Positions 38,619-49,856 of a stretch of DNA of 64,000 nucleotides are shown piece by piece. The DNA is from Coniocarpon cinnabarinum (lineage: Eukaryota): positions 62,001 through 126,000 of the forward strand of contig JAVECO010000019.1 in assembly GCA_051942205.1 (NCBI GenBank), given 5' to 3'. Position 1 is the stretch's first letter; each line of letters begins with the position of its first letter. The translations under genes and the position numbers were made by a program. The notes beneath the pieces are model-generated. The model was not told the DNA's origin, ran no database searches, and saw only the letters and a list, made by a program, of their open reading frames with translations.

Positions 38619-39532
38619 CGTGTGTAATCAATGAACCGAGGTATCTAAAGAGACGAAAGCTCGGCAAGGGACTTGAGGTTGGTCTTATCTATGAAAACCT
38701 CGTTCCAGGCTTACCTTGTTCGGGACTTCTGCCTGGCATTGAGGGATAGGCAGAGCTGCTAGGGCTGTACTGGAGTATATGTGGGCGATGCGCGTGCAGG
38801 TATGAGGCAATGATGCAATCTTGAATAAGCTGATTGGTGCAAGATTGAGCGTTAATATGACCACCGACGCGTTGCGGATATGCGACAAAGGCGATGCGAC
38901 TTCTTGACAGCACATCGTCATTTACATCGTGGTCATTTGTGTTGACACCACGTGTTCGCCTTCCGCACGCTTTGCCGAATGCTGTTCAGATCCAGTCAAG
39001 TTGGGCGCTCCACATGTGCAATCCTACATTCCCGGCTCCACGGGCGACTTTCCTAGACATGATAAAGCTTGTGAAGCACCGGCATGTATGTCCGGCCCTT
39101 TGGCGGCCCAGCTTGCGAGACGACCTCGATCCGTCGCCTGGCATGCGTAGACAAAAGATGAGTAACGATGCAGGCAGGTTCCCAAGAAAGCTGCAACCAA
39201 GGTTACAAGGTCGCACCTTCCCAGGCGAGAATCATGGGCGCCAGAAGACCTAATATTTTCATGATATGTCCTACAGTGACGACGTCTCTGCAGGTATCAC
39301 GACGCGCTTCCTTTAAGCACGAGCCCTGCAGTCTCTCCTAGCTGCTCTACACAGCCTCACCAGCGAGCAGTCACGCTCATTGGGTCGCAAACCCCTAGCC
39401 AAGATTCGCGAGCTCCCAAGACTTTCTGTACGACAGGTCGTACGACGACAGCTTTGCTGTGTACAGCCACACAAATTTTTCCCGGGCGTGTGACTTGAGG
39501 TCCCTTGTAGCGAATCTGCACTGCCCCCGCAT

Positions 39533-39934
39533 TCAACTCTCGTGTTTGTCGAACTTGATAGGTGCCGAATTCGAGTGAAAGTACAGCGCCACGCCGCTCA
39601 TACTCATGAGTATCACATGTGGCGCCAAGCTCACACCCATCGCCACATCACCCCACAGCCCCCAAGTTTGGAAAAACAGTGCCGTCGCCAATCCAATCCT
39701 CCTGGAACTCCTGGCTGACATCAGTACCACCAAGAGGACGTTGATTGCGAGGAAGAATATGTTCAGCTGAGCGTCGGAGAGGCCGAGGAAAGAGAATGCT
39801 TGAGTGTTGAGCGCCGGTAGGGATTCATGGACTGCGTGAGAGAACGATGGCGTGATACGATCGGTGACGTGGGCTTGGGCGCAGAGAGAGTGAAAGGCAA
39901 CGAGCAGATAGGTCAGCCAGACTGATAGCCACAT
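39533..39934 (-). CDS. Small multi-pass membrane protein (133 aa)
   Basis: ATG ORF with about four hydrophobic segments (MWLSVWLTYLLVAFHSL, LNIFFLAINVLLVVLM, IGLATALFF, HVILMSMSGVALYF). Confidence 0.65.
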   Translation of the reverse strand: MWLSVWLTYLLVAFHSLCAQAHVTDRITPSFSHAVHESLPALNTQAFSFLGLSDAQLNIFFLAINVLLVVLMSARSSRRIGLATALFFQTWGLWGDVAMGVSLAPHVILMSMSGVALYFHSNSAPIKFDKHES

Positions 39935-40319
39935 GTTTGCTATCCTGCTTTGAAAGATGCTCGTGAACCGTGTAAAGGAAACGTAATCAATGATGTGACG
40001 CTGTGCTCGAGAGTTGGGTTTTGGAAACAACGCGCATCTATCGTCCAGGCGCTGTTATAAGTATTCTAAAGCCGAAGTAGAGAAGACGAATGCAGGTTCG
40101 CAAACGTCACAGTCGGACGGGGCGGAATGGGACGTTTAACTCTTTTAGGATACAGCCGTCACGTGAACTCGGGAGCAGAGGACGGTGATGATGCGTTTCA
40201 TTGGTCATACATAAGGAAACACCGAGAAGTGTCAAATGTAGCTAGCAGGTGAGGCCAGACAAAGGAGAAGGCTGAAAGCCGACACGTCGCCAGGAAAGGT
40301 GTATTCCACGCTTGCGATG

Positions 40320-41669
40320 TTAGGCTCGTGCATTGTCGCACATCTCGATAAAGCGATAAATGCCTTCGAAGTCCTGGTACTCGAGCGGCTCATGTTGCGA
40401 TGCAATCGTGCTCTGTTGCTTGGTGGATTTCCACCGTGTTCCCAGGCTTCCATAGCCTTCTGAGAGATCTTCGTCGCTTGACAACCATGGATTGGTCTCG
40501 GGCGGAGGCGATAGCTGCTCGAAGCTATGCTCGGATTGCGTAGAGTATTTGTCTCCCCAGGAGTCTTCCATTGCGCCCTGTTGAGTGAGGAACAGCGATT
40601 GTGCATCGTCCTCACTCGCATCCTTGCTTGGCGCGAAAGGGAAGAGAAGGGCGATTTCGGTGCCAGTATAAGCGTCAAACAGCTCGTCTTGAACGACAAG
40701 ACCTCGCTTGATAGCCAGTTCCTCGCATATGATCTCAGCTGTTTCTGAATCGCAGCCTGGGAAGTGCACGCGAAGTGTCGTTGAGTCGCAATATGTAATG
40801 GGAAGATCTCCGAGTCCGGCCAGCTTCTGCAAGTCAGATAGGACGGCTGACAGGTCTTTCAATGTACGACTGAAGTCTGTAGAGAGGACATCAAGGAGGC
40901 CAGTGCTGTTCAGGTGTGCATCAGAGCCACAGAATGCCGCCTTGGCGTCTTCAGCGCCGACAACATGATTGAGTGGGGTGAGCGCTGTGATGGTGGGATT
41001 CACTTCAAACTCAACCCAGGAACCAGGCGTTTGCATAGGTAGACTCTGCATCTTGGATAAAGCTTGATGCTGCGTCTCACTCACAGCCTTCCATCGTTTG
41101 CCGCCGCACGTGCCTTGAGAATGTCCATCAAATTGCGCTTTCTTGCCTCCAAGATAGAAAGCTCGCACAGCCTGCGACACGTTCTGAATGACCTCACTGG
41201 CAGGTGCTGGACCGTGTGAGAAGAACCGAGCACCTCCAACTCTTCCACTTCCAAGGCCATATCCACCCGCTGTTCGGCCAAGGGCACCACCTGTGAGATT
41301 TGGGCGCAAGGTCGAGGCAAATGGTGCTCGGCCGGTCAACTGCGTGACGGCCGTGCCAGTTCGGGATTTGGGGAATGTTGACCGATCATACTTGACACCT
41401 CGGGCGGTGCTCTCTTTGGTGACAGTGAGGAAGCCTCTGGATGCATTGCGTGCCGATGTGGAGAACCATCTGCTCTTGCTCTGTTTCAATAGGGCAATTG
41501 GGTGGACTGGGTGCCGAGCAGCTCGAACGGGAATGGGTTCAAGAGCGTGCTGAGGGCCATACTGGCGGACGAGTGGACTGAGCTTGTGCGATGCTTGTTT
41601 ATAGATGTACTTGGCTAGTTTGATGTTTTGGGCCAGCAGCTGATGCAGGCGACCAGCTGCGGGAGCCAT
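40320..41669 (-). CDS. Conserved fungal protein, stationary phase protein 5 (Spg5)-like
   Basis: 449-aa ORF with GRAPFASTLRPNLTGGALGRTAGGY, ARFFSHGPAP, QNVSQAVRAF, LGDLPI and LRVHFPGCD motifs, recalled from this family. Confidence 0.75.
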   Translation of the reverse strand: MAPAAGRLHQLLAQNIKLAKYIYKQASHKLSPLVRQYGPQHALEPIPVRAARHPVHPIALLKQSKSRWFSTSARNASRGFLTVTKESTARGVKYDRSTFPKSRTGTAVTQLTGRAPFASTLRPNLTGGALGRTAGGYGLGSGRVGGARFFSHGPAPASEVIQNVSQAVRAFYLGGKKAQFDGHSQGTCGGKRWKAVSETQHQALSKMQSLPMQTPGSWVEFEVNPTITALTPLNHVVGAEDAKAAFCGSDAHLNSTGLLDVLSTDFSRTLKDLSAVLSDLQKLAGLGDLPITYCDSTTLRVHFPGCDSETAEIICEELAIKRGLVVQDELFDAYTGTEIALLFPFAPSKDASEDDAQSLFLTQQGAMEDSWGDKYSTQSEHSFEQLSPPPETNPWLSSDEDLSEGYGSLGTRWKSTKQQSTIASQHEPLEYQDFEGIYRFIEMCDNARA

Positions 41670-42657
41670 CTTGGCGATGCTTCAATGTTTGGAAGAGGCA
41701 GCGATGGAGTGAAGGAGGTCAAGTAGGTAGAAGAGGGCGGCGTGGTGGCAAGAAGGTATGGGGACGCCAAGCTTTGTGCCGCAAGTCATGTGCTTTGTCG
41801 ATCTGTGGAGTTGATGTGGCTGTGCACATTCCCCGAAAATCCACTTGACGACTCACACTTGCGACCCCGTCGCCCGTGCATGATGAAGGCAACATGTTGA
41901 AAAGATCTGAATGACTGAGCTATTCATCTATTGCTCTAGCGATTTATTGCTAAGTGAGAAGATTTTGCCGAAACAACATCCTATCCTCAACAAAGGAAGA
42001 AGCCAAGCAGATGGACAAGCGTCCCAGAATTCTGGTCACCTCCGAAGCTTCTCTCTTAGTGCTGTATAATCCCCTCATTGCATGGCTTCATGTATCGATG
42101 CGCAGACACTGAACTATATGCTCGTTGCGGATTCTTTTTGATTGTCTTGGGGCACAGCTTTGCCTTCACGAAGCGCAATTTCCATTAGGGATTTAGTCAG
42201 ATTGGATGTCTTCTATCCATTCGATGCACAGCTTTTTCGAACGGCATGCAATTTTCAGGGGGTCGCACCCTTGGATCTTAATATAGAGGCCAATTTGATG
42301 GAGCCGGAGGAAATAGCGAGCTGGGACAACGCTACCACAGTCTTAACGTATGTATGTCTGGCAGGCAGAAGCGTCCGTCTTCGATTACGCTCAGATCATC
42401 AAACCGCACGGGGAGGCTTGCCTTTCCCGGGTATTCGCAATTCGAGGTTAGCCACATGGTGACACCTCTGCACTGTTGCCGTGTAATGACGATGCATACA
42501 TTGGTCGGTCAGCACCCACCAGCTGGCCCCAGTGCTATTTCTCACAGTGGCCGGTACGTGTTGGGTGAAAAAGGCACACTCTGGAAACCTCTGGCAGTCG
42601 TGTTGTTCAAAGTCTTCGGTTCATGCACGAAGTCTTCTATGCGTGTATTCGTAAGTC

Positions 42658-43584
42658 TTATTCACTGCCACTCGTTTCTCCGTCCTCAGTCTCGTGCCTG
42701 TCTCTAGGGCTCTCCAGGTCGTCTTGATCCTGATCCTGATCCTGATCCTGATCTTCCTCTGCATGATCTGTTTCGTCTTCATCCTCGTCACCTTCCTCCT
42801 CTTGGTCATTCTCGTCAACGGTATCGTCGTTTTCATCGGAAACTTGCAAGATTGATTCGTCCGGGTGGTTGGCCGAAGCTCCCTCTGACAATCGAGGTTT
42901 CTTTGCAGCTGGTGCGTCATCCACATGGTTGGTGTGACCATTTGCGAGCAGATTGTTGTCAGTGTGCCCCATGCCTGATTGGCTTTTGTCGACGTCAGCC
43001 TTTTGTTTCTTGACTCGACGACGATAATCATTGCGCTTCTCGTTTTGAAAAGCTGCGTATTCTAGCAAGGTATCAGTGGTGCAAACTAGATCGAGGCATG
43101 AAACTCGCTAACTCTTTTCCTCTTCTTGGCAATGGACCACAATGTCTTCGAACTCGAGGTCCTTCAGAGCCTCAAAGACATCTTCAGGTTGTATTGTCTT
43201 CTTGTTGTTGAGGGTCGCTCGGTCATTGGCACTGGCCGGGAACAGGCATCAGATCAACGCAAATAGCAATGTCATTCCACTGACGGCAGGCCAAACGGAC
43301 GTACTGGCTGGCAAGATAGTTGACAAATACCGTAGCGCTTTTGGAGATCGCGAGTATGGCGTCTTTCTGGACTTGTGTATTCGCAGGGAGTTCACCCTTT
43401 GCCAATCTGGCGACCATGGAACGAGGGAGGTTGAGATCCTGGTCCGTTAGCGCTCAACTTTTCAAATAGCTATCGCCATCGTCGAACGAACATCAATGCC
43501 CAAGTTTTGAGTCAGCTTGCGTGTCGTGTAGGGTGCTGCATCGAACTCGTCTTGGGCGGATAGCCTGGGTTTCTTTGGCGGCAT
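42658..43584 (-). CDS. DPB4: DNA polymerase epsilon subunit D (histone-fold)
   Basis: DLNLPRSMVARLAKGELPANTQVQKDAILAISKSATVFVNYLAS...KKTIQPEDVFEALKDLEF, with an acidic C-terminal tail and three introns. Confidence 0.9.
42726..42753. repeat. Hexanucleotide repeat (GATCCT)n encoding DQDQDQ in the DPB4 tail
   Basis: gatcctgatcctgatcctgatcctgatc. Confidence 0.9.
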
Positions 43585-43750
43585 AATGTAGAAAGCTCAA
43601 TTGTGACTGGCTGGACGCGCGAGCATTTGAGAACAGTTCAAGAGTGAACCACGTCGCTCGAGCGTGAGAGAGCAAGACCGAAGTCAGAAGCAGCCTTTCT
43701 ACAGAGTAACTCAGGCAAAACGACACGAGGGAGAGGTCTACGCGCCAGTC

Positions 43751-43756
43751 ACGCGT
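43751..43756. promoter_or_regulatory. MCB-like element (ACGCGT) upstream of DPB4
   Basis: Perfect ACGCGT about 170 bp upstream of the ATG, with a second ACGCG at 43740. Confidence 0.5.
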
Positions 43757-43918
43757 AAATAGGCGGGGGCATGGGGTGGCATCTCCATCTGCGTGCCCCA
43801 CGCCTGCATACCTTTACATAGGCACGTCGGACTGGAGGAAAAGGTCATGACACGTCAATTCACAATGATGTCTATCTGGTCATGTTAACCAGAGATTCTG
43901 TACAATTTCATACATGTA

Positions 43919-46536
43919 TCATTGCAATTCGTCAACATCGTCATCATCCCACCCTAAAGACGCATAGATCGACTGCTGTAAAGCCGGCGGAGTGTCCTCT
44001 GAAGCCAACGGCAGAGACTTCACTGGGCGAGGCTTCGATGGTGTCTCTAGATCGATGCCTGTGCCCTTGATGTCTTCAATCGCCTGTGGTGGTGAGGAGT
44101 GGGGAACGATATCTCTCTCGAGAACTGTTGAGCCCGTAGACCCAACAACACCAGCAGACGTCTTTGATGGCTTCGCTGTCGAGTTGGGAACCAGTCTATG
44201 ATCCTCGCTAGCCCATGAAGCGGAAGGACGAGGCTCGTGCCTTGCCAGTTGCTCCCGAGATGGGGTGTGAATATTACAATGCGAGGGCGGCCCGCTGCCT
44301 GCGCGAGATCTGATTGTGCTGTCTGCGACTCCAGGTGCACGATGTGGGGATGAGTTGATCGCAAGTGGTGCAGGATTTGTCGATGGAATGGCAAACGTTT
44401 CCGGTCTAGATGATGCCTCCTCTGTCGCTGTGCCCACCATGCGATCGCTCGTCTTCATCTGCTTCCGAGGAGTGGCACCAACCTCTACACTCAAGCGACT
44501 TTTCAGCCAAGGTTTCTTAGCCCTTGTTGACTTTTTGGTGTCAAGCAAATTGACGTACTCCTCGACTGCTCTCCCACGATTGGGCCTTTTAAGGATGGAG
44601 ATGGCTTCGGAAAGTTCATTTTCGACGTTGGTATGCCTGCGCGCTCGTGATTGACTGAATTTTGCGATAGCTGTCATGTCAACTTCACGCTGACTCAAAG
44701 CTGTAGAAGAGCTGACACTGCTACTTCGGGAGAGCGTTCGCCTTGGGGGTTTCATCGATGTGTCCAATGGCGAGCTATTCTTCTCACAGGTTTCTCCTCG
44801 CACAAGTGAGTCTGTCGCAGACCGTACCAGTGAAGGAGGTCTTTTCTGCACACTGCCTGACGAAGCGGTTCGAGACAACCGATTGCCACGAAGATCTGTG
44901 CCAGGTGCAAGCTTCGCAGGCTTTTTGGATGGCATGGGTTGAGCAGCCGTGGAGCCACTAGCGCCCATACGTTTTGTAAGATCCTCGACTTTCCGCCGCA
45001 GTCGAGGAGCGTAGAATGGGATCAGAATATGTTGGCAGAACTCTTGTAATTTATCTTTGCTGGCAGAAGGTCCCAGACGCTGAGGTGAGTGTTCAGTGCG
45101 GTCGTTCTCCTTGTCGCCTTTATCATCCTCCACGGCTTCAATGGACTGCCAGATGCACAAGCGATCTACTAGCATCTCAAGAGCCATTTCAAGATTTTGA
45201 GGCTTCTTGCTTTTCTTGATGGTGCTCGGCCTGGTCGCCAGATCTGCAGCTTCGGTCAACGTTGCAGGTTGCGTGTCTAGGGCCGGCGGCAGCGCTGCCT
45301 CGAGTGCCATTGCTTCCATGATAAGTATAATCTGAAGAAAGATTTCTCGCAATCTCAGCTCTCCCTGTAACGTTGTTGCGAGATTTCCACTTTCTGCCAT
45401 TCCACCGCTAATATCCTGGTTTCTCCACCAATCCCTGACATAGTCGCTCTCCGCAGTATGCAAGCCATTCTTCCCAGGTTTGCACTTTTTAAAATTTTTG
45501 AGCTTTCTTCTGGGAGGCTTCCTTTCTTCGAGTCCTCGCTCCAGGTGCTGCACTTCTGTTCTCAGGCTGTCGATGGTCTCGGGTAGAGTTTCGCGGTATT
45601 TCCTGTCAAATGAAGAGTGGGCGAGAATCATCGATCGAACGTATGTAACCAGAGACGCTTGGCGCAGGGGGTCAGTGCCAATCGCTGCACGTGCCCTTGC
45701 CAAATTGGCTTTGGCAAAGTAGGCAAGCGAAGCTTTTGAGAGGTAGAGTGAGTCCAGATAGTTTTCGATTAAGTTGGAAGCGACAGTCTCCAGCGGGACC
45801 ACATCTGCATCTAGCGGCTGTACAGGGATTCCCACACCCGCAGATTCGCTCGTAAACGTTATGTTATTCAATTCAGCTGCGTTTCCGCTTGCACCATGAG
45901 CTGTGAGATGCGATATCTGAGTGGGGTTGTTGTTACCATCAATGAAGGAGCCTGGCGCTTTTGAAGAGGCGACCGAGATGTTCTTCCACCATGAGTCCTC
46001 CCTATCATTCAAGACGCTGCGTTCGACCCGTTGAATCTTGCGTGGGGTTTCAGAGGCCCCCTTTATTCCACGTTTGATCTTTGACAGGTCGATGTCTGGG
46101 TTAAAGAACGTCAAAGAGTATGTATCCGTGTCGACGTGTTCGATGGCTGCAAGCTGTGCTGAGTGGTCGACTTGTGCCACTAGAATGCATGTTCCGCTCT
46201 CAAGATCACCACACAAGAGATGCCTCAAGCTTGCAAGCTCCGTGGAGAAGAGGCGTTTGATTGCAGGGTTATTGCGTGCATGAGCGAAGTTGAAAAGATG
46301 GAGAGGAACCGCGGTTCTTGGACTGACAAGAAGTGGTTCGATGATGACAGATTTTTGGTTCGAACACTGAGTTTTCGATTCAGTAAGAATTTCTATAAGA
46401 CTTTAAGAAGTCGACACACCTGTATATCGAAGGGCTCGAAAAGCAATGGTATTCTTTCTGAACGCGGCCTCTTTCGTTTGAAAGATACGGCTGAGGGAGA
46501 ATGAGCAGCGTCTTGGAATTTGGAGGCCGTGGACAT
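43919..46536 (-). CDS. SLD3: DNA replication regulator Sld3
   Basis: YLDSLYLSKASLAYFAKANLARAR, LREIFLQIILIMEAMALE, LEMLVDRLCIWQS and LQEFCQHILIPFYAPRL motifs. The first exon MSTASK...KRKR...FDIQ is spliced through an intron at about 46367-46419. Confidence 0.88.
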
Positions 46537-46655
46537 GTCATCTTAGCAATGTGTAAGTATGCTTGATTAATCAATGTACACCAAGAGATCACAAAAATGC
46601 TGCAGCAGAACTTGTGTCTCACAGCGTCAATGGATGAGACTTGGTAGCCAAGAAG

Positions 46656-46671
46656 ACGCGACTCGACGCGT
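46656..46671. promoter_or_regulatory. Tandem MCB-like elements upstream of SLD3
   Basis: ACGCGA at 46656 and ACGCGT at 46666, about 120-135 bp upstream of the ATG. Confidence 0.5.
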
Positions 46672-46899
46672 GACGTCCCAGATCCGGCGAGTTTCCTTGC
46701 CGCCCCGACCTTCATTTGATTTTATTCCATCCACTACGTCCAAGATCGACAAAAATCTGCTACACAGCCTGTCTTCATTCGCCGTGTCATAACAACATCT
46801 GTGACCTTCGTGTGAGGGTTCTTGCTCAATGACTTCGAGGTCTCCCCTACGGAAGCTTTCAGAGCAAGGGCTGGCTGGGTTTACAGTCATCATATAATC

Positions 46900-47930
46900 T
46901 CACTGAAGCCTCGCTATGAACCGAAGTCCATTGCAGCCTGGATAAAGCCATGGGTAGTTCTTTTCCATCTCTTCATCGCTCACATTCCTCGGTACGAATG
47001 TGTCATCGTCCAAGGCTGACTCCACCTTCCAAGCGGTGTCCGTCCCAAGTCCTAGTTTGTCCCTGAACAACTGGATTAGTTTCTCTAGTGTCACGACATC
47101 GCCTGCGTTGAATGAAAGTCATCGCTCACATGAAGTCTTGGAAGGATTTGGTGTTGTGATAGTAGCTTGTTCCCGGATACTGTCCCACACGGTGAGGATA
47201 GGACCCAGCATGCACATTCCCGATCTGACTGCCAATGATCATACTGTCAGGCTTTCGCCGAAGCAGTTTGACAGCCTTACGCATGATGTTGTGCTGTTGA
47301 TCAATATCGAAAAGATGTAAAAACTTAGCCATGTAAATTATGTCCATCTTTTCGACTAAGGGTTGGAGGCTAGAAGAAAGATTGGCGTTTAGCATGTTTT
47401 CGGCGACTAGGGTAATTGGCGGCACTTTGTCCGCGTCGCGAAACAGCACATGGCTTTGATCCAGGAAGCCTTGCTCGATATCGATTCCGAAAACGTTCTC
47501 GGATGAAGCGCCATCCACAATGAGCTTGCGTAAATCGGTTCCGAAGCAACAACCGATATCTAGCACATTCTGGCCGGACCTTGCCCGTGAAAGCACTTCT
47601 GGATACAGAGGATGTCTGGTCAAACTGGGTGTCAGGAACTTTCCTTGACCGATGCAAGCTGTACCATTCAGTAAACACTGCTCTGGTCACCCGAAGACAG
47701 TCAACCTACGGTATGGCACCACAGCGAATGCTTCACGCCTCTAACGAGCAAAGATCAGTCTAAGTTCCGGCGCAATCATATTCAGAATGTCATACAACCC
47801 GCTCCACATGCTCAGTCACTTCATCTCGAGAGATACCACTGTACCTTTCGAGGATCTCGCTCGTTTCAGTAGGAATAAACTCAATCTTTTCCAGGAACCA
47901 CGCTTTGTATTGGTCCTGAGGATGGGCCAT
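46900..47930 (-). CDS. SAM-dependent methyltransferase (fungal family)
   Basis: ILERYSGI...EHV, PY/PCIGQGKFL, HPLYPEVLSR, VLDIGCCFGTDLRKLIVDG, KFLHLFD and YYHNTKSFQDFM/DKLG...WKVES. Three introns. Confidence 0.88.
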
Positions 47931-48193
47931 GATCTTGGCGTTTTCTTTAAAATAAGGGGGTTAGCAATGAACTAGGTGGACCATGCAGGAACCCTAGATA
48001 TATTGTGTTCGCCTCGCATCGTTTACAATTTATCTATTGAGGTGATTTAGAGTTAACTGTCTTACTAGTGTCGCAAAGGTCTGCACCGAGTCATTTATCT
48101 CTCAATAAATTTCAGTAACTTAGCGCGAACGAATCATACGATGACAAAAGTTCCGATCAGCGGCCGAATGACACTGGAAAAAGTCACATGACC

Positions 48194-48237
48194 TCGCGTG
48201 GCTCATATGTCATTTCGCAACGCGACTCCCGTCGCGT
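48194..48237. promoter_or_regulatory. Cluster of MCB-like CGCG elements upstream of RAD51
   Basis: TCGCGT at 48194, and ACGCGAC-tccc-GTCGCGT as an inverted pair at 48220-48237. Confidence 0.5.
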
Positions 48238-48349
48238 GGCTGCTGAGCAACATCGAGCAAGCATCTGCGTCTTTTCTTTTCAATAAGCTTGCTTAGGTCG
48301 TCGCATACTTACGAAAACTTTCTCTGCACCCTCGAACCGCTGATCAATC

Positions 48350-49604
48350 ATGACCGCCGAAGAAGAGCCCTCGCAATCCGGTCTGGAAGATGGGAGCATG
48401 GGTGGGCCTGGCGCACCAACGCCACTTTCAGCACTCGAAGTATGCCGAACGTCTGTGATACTTATGAAGCAGGCTAACGAGGCCTCAAGGGTGTCAATGG
48501 CCTATCAGCGCGAGATATCAAACTGGTCGTCGATGGTGGTTATAATACGGTCGAAAGTGTTGCTTACACGTATGCAGAGCTGCGCGTTCACTGATGTCAA
48601 ATGATTGCTCACTTCATTGCAGACCCCGCAAACAACTCGAGGTCATCAAGGGTATCTCTGAGCAAAAAGCTGAAAAGCTTCTCAAAGAAGGTATGAGAAA
48701 TACCTTAGCGTAGGAGACAACAGACGCTCAAGCTTCCAGCCTCCAAGCTTGTACCGATGGGCTTTACAACCGCGACCGAAATGCATCAACGTCGTAGCGA
48801 ATTGATATCAATCACGAGCGGTTCCAAACAACTGGATACGTTACTAGCTGGTGGCATCGAAACTGGGTCAATTACAGAGATCTTCGGCGAGTTCAGGACA
48901 GGAAAGAGTCAAATATGTCATACTCTGGCCGTGACATGCCAGTTACCTTTCGACATGGGTGGCGGCGAAGGCAAATGTCTTTACATCGACACAGAAGGCA
49001 CATTCCGGTTCGTTGGGAGTAGACTTTCCACAGTTATCCATGCTGATATATAACCAGTCCTGTGCGGCTTCTGGCTGTGGCCAACCGCTATGGACTCTCT
49101 GGTGAGGAGGTTCTTGACAACATTGCGTACGCCCGCGCCTACAACTCTGAACACCAGTTGAATCTCCTGAATCAAGCCGCCTCTATGATGACCGAGACGA
49201 GATTTTCACTACTTGTGGTCGACTCGGCTACATCACTTTATCGCACAGATTTCATGGGTCGAGGGGAACTCTCATCACGACAAACACATCTGGCCAAATT
49301 CATGCGAACGCTTCAAAGACTTGCTGATGAATTTGGGATCGCAGTCGTGATCACGAATCAAGTGGTAGCCCAAGTGGATGGAGGTCCTAGTGCGATGTTC
49401 AATCCAGATCCCAAGAAGCCCATCGGTGGCAATATTATTGCACACGCGAGCACAACAAGACTCAGTCTCAAGAAAGGTCGTGGCGAGACTCGAATATGCA
49501 GGATATACGACAGCCCATGCCTACCAGAGGCAGATACCATGTTTGCAATCAACGAGGATGGCATCGGAGATCCGAGCCCAAAAGACCTTGAACGAGATTC
49601 ATGA
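48350..49604 (+). CDS. RAD51: DNA repair recombinase Rad51
   Basis: Walker [44 protein letters not shown] and [13 protein letters not shown]. Four introns. Confidence 0.98.
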
Positions 49605-49856
49605 ATTAAGCTCGACAGATTTACGGCATGGCGCGACGTGTGTATGATAGTTGTGAAGAGTATCCCAGTAGACATTAGACGGCAAAGCGTTGGTCATGTT
49701 TTGTAATGTGCAGATAGCAAAGGCACAATTCGGTACTTCGGCCAAAGGTTACCCGAGCTGCTTTTCAGTAAACATTCACCTTTCAGTATGCACGATCGCG
49801 ACGCGCTCCTGAGTCGATAGAAAGTCATTGTGGTTCTGACGCCCTGTCGCCAGAAG

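Noticed and set aside
41880..41970. ATGATGA...CTGA (C/D box-like) and gcgatttattgctaagtgagaag (U4-like)
   Set aside because: The box spacing is too short for a snoRNA, and the U4 5' U6-pairing region is missing.
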